Positions 9,414-17,379 of a stretch of 58,232 bases of DNA are shown here, one piece after another. Numbering within the stretch: position 1 is the first letter of the stretch; every line of letters starts with the position of its first letter. The translations under genes were made by a program, and so were the position numbers. The DNA comes from Armatimonadota bacterium (GTDB lineage: Bacteria > Vulcanimicrobiota > JACPDT01): positions 1 to 58,232 of the forward strand of contig JACPDT010000081.1 in assembly GCA_016183865.1 (NCBI GenBank), read 5' to 3'. The notes beneath the pieces were generated by a model, which saw only the letters and a list, made by a program, of their open reading frames with translations, was not told the DNA's origin and did not search any database.

Positions 9414-9782
9414 GGCAACGGAAGCCGGAGTACTTGCCCAGAGGGGAATCCCCAAACAAGCAGCTAAGTAATTCTGGTACAGGAAGTTATATCCCGAGTG
9501 AGATAGTAACTGCGACTTTGGAGAAGACGGGGGGACTTTAGTGCCACGACCCGCAATACGAATATGTGTGAAGCTTGAAAAAAGAAAAAAGCAAGCATAA
9601 AATCCTTGCTGTCTGAAACGGCCCAAAAAAGCAAGAAAACTCCACATTGCCGCTTCCAATAACCTGACTCCACCCCTCACACATCCGCTTTTTCTCCAGA
9701 ACCCCCCGGGCAAGCCGAAAAAAACCACAATCCAAAGAGGAACCCCTCAATTTCTCCCAGAAATTGCAAATCAAAAGCAAAA

Positions 9783-9807
9783 TGGAGCAATCAGTTTTCC
9801 TATCAAA
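9783..9807 (+). repeat. 25-bp perfect direct repeat, copy 2
   Basis: Identical to 8537..8561. It ends 3 nt before the GGAGGA Shine-Dalgarno of the 9822 gene. Confidence 0.95.
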
Positions 9808-9821
9808 CGAGGAGGACCGCT

Positions 9822-11915
9822 GTGACATTCCGGATCTCGGGAAAGGGGTCATCAGGGAGAATTCTTCTGGTTGATGACAACCCACTGGTTGCCCGGTTAT
9901 GGGAGGCACAGCTTCGTAAGGCGCATTTTGAAGTGGCCGTTGCGGGCAAGGGGTTCGAAGGCTTCAACAGAGCCCTGATTGAGAAACCTGATCTGATCAT
10001 TGTGGATTCCGTCATGCCGGAGCTTGATGGGTTCGGATTCTGCGAGAAGCTCCAGTCCACTGCCTCCATCGCCGAGATCCCAACTCTCATCTGGTCGAAT
10101 TTCAACCAGAGCGAGAATGTAGAGAATGCACGGAAAATCGGTGCAGCCGATTTCTTGTTGAAATTCGATCTCACTCCAGGGGTCCTGATCGAACGGGTAT
10201 CCTCACTGATCCCTGACTGCAAGCCCAGGGTGGTCTGTGACGGATTCGACAGATCTCTGGGGGACATGCTGGTGCGAGCCGGCATCATTTCCCCCTCCGA
10301 GCTTTCCAGCATACACAAAGAGACCCATCAAGGCGGTCCGCCCTTCGAGGAAGTGCTGCTCAGGCTGCACGTCCTCTCAGGGGATGAAGAGAATTGTTTC
10401 AGAGAAATTCTATACAGAGCCGACTATGTCAGGCTTTCGGACTACACCTTGCAAAGAGAGGCTCTGAATCGAATCCCCGAATCGGTGACCCTGAACTTCA
10501 ACCTGATCCCTCTGGCTTTGAGGGACAATCGGTTGATGGTTGCCATGGCGGATCCCCGAGATGTGAACACAGTGGACTATCTCCAAAAAGTGACGCAATG
10601 TGAGATCCGGGTGGTCTATGCCGATCCCCACGACCTGGACAGAGCCATCATCCTCTATTACGGCGCCAGGGAAGCTCTGGGTGAATTGCAAAAAAGAGCC
10701 AGGAAAGAAAGCGAGCAGGAGGAAAGGGCGGAAGAAAAATCGGCCGCCCAGATCCTGGGCGAAGTGCCTGTGGTGGAGCTGATAGATGTCATGATCGTGA
10801 AAGCCCTCGAAAGCAGGGCCAGCGACATCCATCTGGAGCCCACGGAGAAGGAGCTGATTGTCAGATTCCGCATAGATGGAATCCTTCACGACACGCAGGT
10901 TCTCCCTTCCGATCTGAATCACGCGCTTGTCGCAAGGGTCAAGATCATGTCGGGAATGGATATCGCGGAAAAACGTCTTCCCCAGGATGGTCGCTTCGAG
11001 TTGAACCTGCGCGGCGACAAGGTGGATTTTCGTGTCTCCACCCTGCCCACCGCCTGCGGGGAAAAAGCGGTTCTCCGCATCCTGGACAGGCGGACGGCGA
11101 TGAGGAGTCTGGAAGAGCTGGGCTTTGGCGCCTCCCGGCTTGAATCCTTTCGACAAATCGTCCGAAGACCTTACGGGATGGTTCTCATCACAGGTCCCAC
11201 AGGAAGCGGAAAAACAACTACACTGTATGGGGTCTTAAATTTCTTGAAAAATGCGGAAATTAACGTGATCAGTGTTGAAGACCCCATTGAATACAGGATG
11301 GATCGAGTCAACCAGGTTCAGGTAAACCCGAAAATTGACCTCACCTTTGCCTCTATTCTCCGATCGGTACTCCGTCAGGATCCGAATGTGATCGTAGTAG
11401 GCGAAATCCGGGATATGGAAACAGCGGAATTGGCGGTACAAGCCTCCTTGACGGGACACCTCGTTCTGGGAACCCTTCACACAAATGACGCGCCATCGGC
11501 TCTCGTCCGCCTCGCGGACATGGGCATACCCTCTTATCTCGTCGCCTCAACAGTTAATGCGACCGTGGCCCAGAGGCTCATGAGAAGAATCTGCCCCGAG
11601 TGCAGGGAAGAGCACATTCTGACAGATGTGGAAAAACAGCTCATCCCTGAGGGGTATCGAGGCGTGTCCATTTGTCGGGGAAGAGGCTGCAGAATCTGCC
11701 GCAACACAGGGTATCTGGGCAGAATAGCCGTTTTCGAGCTTCTTCCTGTCACAAGAACCGTTTCTCAAGCCTTCCTGCAACAGCAGGGCATGGATACAAT
11801 AGTGAAAATCGCCAGGGAAGAAGGCATGCAGACTCTGAGAGAAGCGGCGTGGGACAAGGTGAAAGAAGGCATCAGCACCCTCCAGGAGATGTTCAGGGTG
11901 ACTTTGGATGAGTAG
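9822..11915 (+). CDS. Response-regulator receiver domain fused to a GspE/PilB-type secretion ATPase
   Basis: 697 aa. REC: ILLVDDNPL...DLIIVDSVMPELDG...K. T2SSE_N-like region: LGDMLVRAGIISPSEL. ATPase: Walker A GPTGSGKTT, VGEIRD, GHLVLGTLHTND, and a tetra-Cys cluster CPECREEH...CRGRGCRICRNTGYLGR. GTG start after GGAGGA. Confidence 0.85.
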   Translation: MTFRISGKGSSGRILLVDDNPLVARLWEAQLRKAHFEVAVAGKGFEGFNRALIEKPDLIIVDSVMPELDGFGFCEKLQSTASIAEIPTLIWSNFNQSENVENARKIGAADFLLKFDLTPGVLIERVSSLIPDCKPRVVCDGFDRSLGDMLVRAGIISPSELSSIHKETHQGGPPFEEVLLRLHVLSGDEENCFREILYRADYVRLSDYTLQREALNRIPESVTLNFNLIPLALRDNRLMVAMADPRDVNTVDYLQKVTQCEIRVVYADPHDLDRAIILYYGAREALGELQKRARKESEQEERAEEKSAAQILGEVPVVELIDVMIVKALESRASDIHLEPTEKELIVRFRIDGILHDTQVLPSDLNHALVARVKIMSGMDIAEKRLPQDGRFELNLRGDKVDFRVSTLPTACGEKAVLRILDRRTAMRSLEELGFGASRLESFRQIVRRPYGMVLITGPTGSGKTTTLYGVLNFLKNAEINVISVEDPIEYRMDRVNQVQVNPKIDLTFASILRSVLRQDPNVIVVGEIRDMETAELAVQASLTGHLVLGTLHTNDAPSALVRLADMGIPSYLVASTVNATVAQRLMRRICPECREEHILTDVEKQLIPEGYRGVSICRGRGCRICRNTGYLGRIAVFELLPVTRTVSQAFLQQQGMDTIVKIAREEGMQTLREAAWDKVKEGISTLQEMFRVTLDE

Positions 11916-11920
11916 GGCCT

Positions 11921-13180
11921 TCAAAAATTGTGCTGTCCCATGAGAAAGCTCCAATCGGAGGAATTTGCCGTTCCTCCGAGCACGGTCCGCACAAAGGGGC
12001 CGGGGGTGAAACGGGAGTATCCGGCCGATAGACGATAATTCTTCCCTGGAACAAAGGTCACCGCGAGATCCCATTCGGTTCCCACATTTGTCCCTGCGAT
12101 TCCGGCGAGGCTTCTGAGAACCGTGGCCCCTGATGTGTTGATGCCGCCTCCAGCGCCGTACCAGCCGTCCCGGGGCTGGGCCAGGGAGAACCAGTGGTGA
12201 TCCAGACTCAGTGTGAGCTTTGAAGAGGGCTTCACGCTCAGGCTGATTCTGAAGTCTTGCATATTTCTCCAACCCTGGTAATCTGCATAGCCGTACTTGT
12301 CATGGTTTGTCGGGAAGAGCTGATCGAAAGTCTCCACTGCTGCATCAGTTGGATCGGAATCCCCTGTGGCATAGGCATACTCGATTCCGAGTCGGGGACT
12401 CCAGGGCGCCGATCTCCAGGTATGGCCGAGGGCCGCATCATAGGCCGATGCCCGAAGATCCCTTGGGCCCACCTTCCCTGTCTCCAGCACGAGCTCTCCC
12501 GAGTAATCGCCGTTTCTTCCGATGGGGCCTGCCGCCCTCACGCCCAATGCGACTACGTTGATGTCTCCTACTCCCCCTGCCCCGGAGCGGTCCGATTTGT
12601 CCAGGAGGTACAGGTCCACTTTCCGCAAACCATCCGGGGACCACTGACCGTAAGCCCCATATAGCAGCACTCCGCGAAGTGGAAGATTGTTGTTGAGAGG
12701 CCTGACTCCAAAAAGATCTCCGGAGAATTTTCCCTGTTTCCAGGTTATTTTCACGCCATCGTAAGAGCGGGCGATATTACTCCAGCCGAAGGAGCCTACG
12801 ATTCTCTGGTCCCCATAGTTCAACTCCTGACGGCCCACCCGAATAACCGGGTTCTTCCCTGCTTCCAGCCAGCCCTGGTGAAGCCCCAGATAACCGTTGG
12901 AAGGGAGAATCCGTCCATCCCCTTGTGCCGTATACTGCAACTGAAGAAAACCCCTGGCCTTTTCAGGGAAGCTCGCCGACACGCCCAGACGAATTCTTTC
13001 ACCCGAAAAGACAACCTGGTCATCCCAGACATCGGCAAAATCAGCGTTATTTCGGGATTCAGCCCTGACCCGAATCTCGCCTGATGCGGCATAAGAAGGC
13101 TGGTCATCCCCGTAAGCCGAAACCGAAAGAAATGCCAGGAGCGTTGCAAGCCACAAAGTGACTGCCCGGTTCCGTGCCAT
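11921..13180 (-). CDS. Outer-membrane beta-barrel, alginate-export (AlgE)-like porin family
   Basis: Signal peptide MARNRAVTLWLATLLAFLSVSAYG. GEIRVRAESRNNADF and VGRQELNYGDQRIVGSFGWSNIARSYDGVKITW match the Alginate_exp family pattern as recalled. C-terminal residue is F. Confidence 0.6.
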   Translation of the reverse strand: MARNRAVTLWLATLLAFLSVSAYGDDQPSYAASGEIRVRAESRNNADFADVWDDQVVFSGERIRLGVSASFPEKARGFLQLQYTAQGDGRILPSNGYLGLHQGWLEAGKNPVIRVGRQELNYGDQRIVGSFGWSNIARSYDGVKITWKQGKFSGDLFGVRPLNNNLPLRGVLLYGAYGQWSPDGLRKVDLYLLDKSDRSGAGGVGDINVVALGVRAAGPIGRNGDYSGELVLETGKVGPRDLRASAYDAALGHTWRSAPWSPRLGIEYAYATGDSDPTDAAVETFDQLFPTNHDKYGYADYQGWRNMQDFRISLSVKPSSKLTLSLDHHWFSLAQPRDGWYGAGGGINTSGATVLRSLAGIAGTNVGTEWDLAVTFVPGKNYRLSAGYSRFTPGPFVRTVLGGTANSSDWSFLMGQHNF

Positions 13181-13389
13181 TCTCCACCTCCGTTCCTGCG
13201 CCGCCCTTTATCATACTAATGTAGTAACTACTCAGCCGCCGGTCTACGCAGATTAACGCCGATCAAGAAACTTCCAGGAGTATTATCCGTTATTTCTTTA
13301 TATTTGAACCTATCTGTGTTCATCCGTGTGAATCTGTGGCTGAATAAGTGCCTAACATATTCATATTATGGGGCTTACCCCGAATCTCG

Positions 13390-14535
13390 TCAATGATCTG
13401 CGTCACATCCGCCGTCCCTCGCCCGCCATCCGGAGTCCAGCAGCGCCCACAGCCCCCCTGAAACAAGGGAATGCCCTCCAAGGACAACGGGGATGGACGC
13501 CTCAAGGGCGGCTCTTGTGAGGGCCCGCACGTAAGAGTCGGTGATCTCGGAGTGTTGACCCAGGTCCGAGAGGTATCGGTCCCGGGCACTGACTGCGATC
13601 CCCGCGGAAGCGAAAAGGGGACGAGTATCCAGAAAGGCCGCATGGACGACCCCCCCAAGGAGTGAAAAAAACTCCTTGAAATCGAACCTCGACAGAAGAG
13701 ATCCCAAAATCGTAGTTACCGAGCCGGACTGCACCCTCCCCTGTGCCTTCATTCCGCGCTCTTCCGAGAAGAATCTGATTCTTGATGCTGCATCCTTGTC
13801 CAGGACGCTCAAGAGGAGAGATCCGGCTCTGCCGTACACAAACACCTCCAGACCAGGGTCAAGGAGAGCCTGTCGCGCCTCTGAAACAGGAAGAAGGCAC
13901 CGGAGCGAAGAGGCAGCCGCCCTCGCTCCCACCGGAGCCTCCGGGTGCATCGCCAGAATTACCGCGTCAATGGGTGTGTCCACATCGAAGATCAGGCCAA
14001 GGGACCTCGGAACCTCGGCCAGGGGAAGGCCGGATTCGTGGAGGAGATAAGCAAGACGATTGTCCGATTCCGGTGGTGGGAAAGTCATGAGGGCTTCTGC
14101 GGGTGAAAAGCCGACGCAATCGGAGGAAAAGAGGTTGTTTGTCGCAAGCACCCTGTGTGATCCCGCCACACAGGTTGCCAGCGTCTCGAGCTCCTCGGGA
14201 CCGGCGAGGGGAAGAGCTCCAGCGCCGACGTACAGGAGACGTTCCAGTTTGAACCGATGAATCAAGAAGCGAAGGGTTTCTCCGAAATGAAAAGGCGCGG
14301 TATCGGTAAGGACGGTCTCTACAGAAAGCTCGGATAACTCCCGAGCGAATTCGGGATCATCCACTGCGGCAATGATTCGGTCAATGGAAGGGAGCAAGGC
14401 GGCCCGCTCCACGTGAGTCCGAAGAATGGCCCTTTTTACTCTTCCCAGATTCTGCTCAACAGGCTCAGTCCCGCCCCCTCCGTGCATGAGGAGCAAAGGA
14501 CACGCGCGATTGTTCGGACTAGTAGCCGGGCTCAA
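13390..14535 (-). CDS. Hypothetical protein (381 aa), no family recognised
   Basis: Long ORF co-directional with hpf, overlapping the hpf 3' end by 17 nt. A later start (MHGGGG, about 14487) is possible. No motif I can name. Confidence 0.5.
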   Translation of the reverse strand: MSPATSPNNRACPLLLMHGGGGTEPVEQNLGRVKRAILRTHVERAALLPSIDRIIAAVDDPEFARELSELSVETVLTDTAPFHFGETLRFLIHRFKLERLLYVGAGALPLAGPEELETLATCVAGSHRVLATNNLFSSDCVGFSPAEALMTFPPPESDNRLAYLLHESGLPLAEVPRSLGLIFDVDTPIDAVILAMHPEAPVGARAAASSLRCLLPVSEARQALLDPGLEVFVYGRAGSLLLSVLDKDAASRIRFFSEERGMKAQGRVQSGSVTTILGSLLSRFDFKEFFSLLGGVVHAAFLDTRPLFASAGIAVSARDRYLSDLGQHSEITDSYVRALTRAALEASIPVVLGGHSLVSGGLWALLDSGWRARDGGCDADH

Positions 14536-15052
14536 TCAGCCCATAGTTCCCGTCATTTCGTTGATATACAACATTCACCTTCCCTGAGACCGAGTTCTCG
14601 AAAACCAAAAATTCCTGCCCCTGGCTGTCCAACTCTGTACAAGCTTCTTCTTCCGTGAGAGGCTTGATGGGAACTTTTTTCATCCGGATGATCCTCGGGG
14701 CAGGGCCCTCCCTTTCAGAGGCCGTTGCAACGGGCATTGCAGCTTCTTTGGCCGCAACGGTGCGGGGACGCTGGACCATTTTCTCTTTGTGCTTCTTCAT
14801 CTGTTTTTCCAGTTTCTCAATTACCCGATCTATGGAGCTGTACATGTCCGCCGTGCGTTCCTCGCCCCGCAATTTCACCCCATCGGCAAAAAGCGTCACT
14901 TCCACAATGTGCCAATTTCTCTCTGTGCTTAGCACCACGTCGGCCGACATGATGTGATCGAAATACTTCTGAACCTTGCCGATACGCTTCTCAGCGTAAC
15001 CTCTCAGGGCGTCCGTTACTTCCACGTTTTTCCCTTTTACGATAATCTGCAT
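14519..15052 (-). CDS. hpf: Ribosome hibernation promoting factor, long form
   Basis: MQIIVKGKNVEVTDALRGYAEKRIGKVQKYFD...VEVTL...R.EE...DMYSSIDRVIEKLEKQ, plus a C-terminal dimerisation-domain-like VVYQRNDGNYGLIEP. Confidence 0.9.
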   Translation of the reverse strand: MQIIVKGKNVEVTDALRGYAEKRIGKVQKYFDHIMSADVVLSTERNWHIVEVTLFADGVKLRGEERTADMYSSIDRVIEKLEKQMKKHKEKMVQRPRTVAAKEAAMPVATASEREGPAPRIIRMKKVPIKPLTEEEACTELDSQGQEFLVFENSVSGKVNVVYQRNDGNYGLIEPGY

Positions 15053-15090
15053 TACGCCTGCGCCCCCCGATACTCATAATAATCGAAACC

Positions 15091-15152
15091 CATTCGGCTG
15101 AAAAATAACAAGACTCGACCTCCCTCCCTTCCCACTCGCTGAGGGGCGGAAA
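15091..15152 (-). terminator. Intrinsic terminator candidate downstream of csp
   Basis: On the minus-strand RNA: CCCCCCTCCCTT - 20-nt loop - AAGGGAGGGAGG (12 bp, one mismatch), followed by TCGAGTCTTGTTATTTTT. Confidence 0.5.
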
Positions 15153-15227
15153 GGGAGGGGGGACCGAGAAGAACCGGCAGCTTTCCTGCACTATTCTTCT
15201 GTTTCGATTATGAAAGCGTATGTTCCT

Positions 15228-15446
15228 TCAAGCATTGCAAGCCTTGCAGACATTGGAGGCCTGAAGGCCCTTTTCTCCTTTCACCACATCAAATTCCACA
15301 TCATCGCCCTCTTCAAGAGTGCGAAAACCATCGAGCTGGATGGCCGAGTAGTGAACAAAAATGTCACGCCCGCCGTCCTGCGCAATGAATCCGAATCCCT
15401 TTTCGGGATTGAACCACTTCACTTTTCCTCTTGATTTTTCCGACAT
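15228..15446 (-). CDS. Cold-shock protein (CspA family)
   Basis: [30 protein letters not shown] (RNP1/RNP2 motifs). ATG 15446 is preceded by AGGAGG. The longer track ORF (to 15488) has no SD. Confidence 0.9.
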   Translation of the reverse strand: MSEKSRGKVKWFNPEKGFGFIAQDGGRDIFVHYSAIQLDGFRTLEEGDDVEFDVVKGEKGLQASNVCKACNA

Positions 15447-15699
15447 ACCTTTGTCCTCCTTAGCACCGCAAACACACGCAGACTTCACGTGCAGGACGGA
15501 CTCACCCGACCGACGCCTCCATGGAGACTGAAAGTGGAGTTGAGCGCGTAACGATCCCGCTTAAAGTACCTATGGTGTTGCTGAATTTACAAGGAGACTA
15601 TTCTGGGCCGAAAAAAAAATCTCCTCCCTGACCTGAAATATTCGAAAAAAAGAATGGTAATACCAACCCTCAGGAATTAATACTTTCAGCCTATTGCCT

Positions 15700-17379
15700 T
15701 CATAATAATTCTGCTATTACATAGGAATGGGTGGCTTCTACAACAACCGCTTTTACCCGGGCTCCGACCATATTTCCCGCACCTTTCACTTCCACCAACT
15801 GGCCCTCTATCCGGGTCAGGCCGCTCTGGATGCCTATGGGGTGCACTTCCCTTATCTCCACCGATATTTCCTCCCCGCTCCGAAGCTGATGAACTTTCTC
15901 CTCAATACGCTTCAAGGCATCGAGTGTGATCTGATATCTCTCCACGTGCTGGTTCTCGGCCACCCGCAGGAAAATGGCTTTGCCGATCTCCTGCTCCAGC
16001 TCCTCCACTCGCTCCCCTTCCCAGCCTGCCACTTGCACCAGAACCTGCGGGTTGGCCATGACCAGCACGGCATCACCCTTGGAGTCGAGAGAAAGCCTGC
16101 GAATCTCCCTCTCAAGCTTGATGGTCATTGTCTCCAGCGACAACACTCGGCCCCTTCCGCCGCAATAGGGACAGTCCTCTCTCAAAATCCCCTCAAGACT
16201 CTTGCTCACCCTCTTCCGGGTCATCTCCACAAGCCCGAGCTGGCTCATTCCCAGAATATGCGACTTGGTCCGGTCCTTCTTGACCGCCTCCTGGAGGCGG
16301 AGAAGAACCTTCTCCCTGTCCTCCGGCTCCTCCATGTCAATGAAATCAACGGTGATGATTCCGCCGATGTCCCTGAGCCGCAACTGCTTGGCGATCTCGG
16401 AAGCCGCTTCAAGATTTGTCTGGAGGATCGTCTCGGGCAGGTTGTTGGAACCCACGAATCGCCCTGTATTTACGTCAATTACGGCGAAAGCCTCGGTCTG
16501 CTCAATGATCAGATATCCCCCTGACGGAAGCCAGACCCTTTTTTTTAGAGCCTTCTCAATCTCCTGCTCCACCCCATGGAGATCGAAAAGAGGCCTCTTC
16601 CCCTCGTACAAGACAATTCGGGAGCGAAGCTCCGGGGCGATGACATCAACCAGCTCCAGGACTCTTTCGTACTCGGTGTGAGAATCCAGAATCATGCGAT
16701 CCACATCTTCGGAGAGAACATCCCGCACGACTCTGAAAACGAGACTTAACTCCTGGTGGATCAGGGCCGGCGCTCCGACTTTGCTGCCCAATCGCTGGAT
16801 TCGGTCCCATAGTTTCATCATGGCGGAAAGATCCTGGGATATCACATCCTTGTCTTTCCCCTCGGCAACAGTCCTGACAATGATCCCCGTTCCCGCCGGG
16901 CGGATGGTTTCAATAAGGCCCTTGAGACGCTCTCTTTCCACGGGCTGCTCGATGCGTCTGGATACACCGATGTAAGAGGCCTGCGGAAGAAGAACCAGAT
17001 ACCTGCCAGGGAGAGTGATGTGAGAAGAAACTCTCGCCCCTTTGGACCCTATGGGCTCTTTGATGACCTGAACCAGAATCTCCTGTTTCGTGCGGAGAAG
17101 ATCCTGAATGGATACCTCCTTGATTTCGTCGGGAGAAACCTCCTCCTCGTGAGCGAGCTTGAAGACTGCGTCATCGAGGCAGAGAAAGGCATTCCGCTCA
17201 AGCCCTATGTCCACAAAAGCGGCCTGCATGCCGGGCAGCACATTTACGACCCGTCCCTTATAGATGCTTCCTACACGTCTTTCTTTTCTCGCTACGTAAA
17301 TTTCGGCTAAGGCATCGTCCTCGACGATTGCGGCTCTGCTCTCAAGCAGGTCAACGCTGACCAGGATCAGTTTTGACAC
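15700..17379 (-). CDS. rng: Ribonuclease G/E family endoribonuclease
   Basis: 559 aa. N-terminal S1 domain (GSIYKGRVVNVLPGMQAAFVDIG), catalytic core (GGYLIIEQTEAFAVIDVNTG, GGIITVDFIDM), Zn-link CPYCGGRG. Confidence 0.85.
   Translation of the reverse strand: MSKLILVSVDLLESRAAIVEDDALAEIYVARKERRVGSIYKGRVVNVLPGMQAAFVDIGLERNAFLCLDDAVFKLAHEEEVSPDEIKEVSIQDLLRTKQEILVQVIKEPIGSKGARVSSHITLPGRYLVLLPQASYIGVSRRIEQPVERERLKGLIETIRPAGTGIIVRTVAEGKDKDVISQDLSAMMKLWDRIQRLGSKVGAPALIHQELSLVFRVVRDVLSEDVDRMILDSHTEYERVLELVDVIAPELRSRIVLYEGKRPLFDLHGVEQEIEKALKKRVWLPSGGYLIIEQTEAFAVIDVNTGRFVGSNNLPETILQTNLEAASEIAKQLRLRDIGGIITVDFIDMEEPEDREKVLLRLQEAVKKDRTKSHILGMSQLGLVEMTRKRVSKSLEGILREDCPYCGGRGRVLSLETMTIKLEREIRRLSLDSKGDAVLVMANPQVLVQVAGWEGERVEELEQEIGKAIFLRVAENQHVERYQITLDALKRIEEKVHQLRSGEEISVEIREVHPIGIQSGLTRIEGQLVEVKGAGNMVGARVKAVVVEATHSYVIAELL

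Noticed and set aside
10240-10420. An MshEN-type c-di-GMP binding motif in the T2SSE_N region of the REC-GspE protein.
   Set aside because: The first 24-residue motif is only partly matched (SLGDMLVRAGIISPSEL..., lacking the leading Arg and the terminal L..Q). The second motif is essentially absent. Not enough to claim c-di-GMP binding.
10410-11156. Long antisense ORFs opposite well-supported genes. Examples are 10410..11156 (opposite the GspE-like gene), 15727..16524 (rng), 22837..23619 (rodA), 55338..55943 and 55480..56043 (tal), 56110..56919 and 57021..57731 (rho), and 20550..20954.
   Set aside because: Their translations are low-complexity and Arg/Gly/Pro-rich with no motifs. They lie opposite genes with clear family signatures. 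Such stop-free antisense frames are expected in GC-rich coding DNA.
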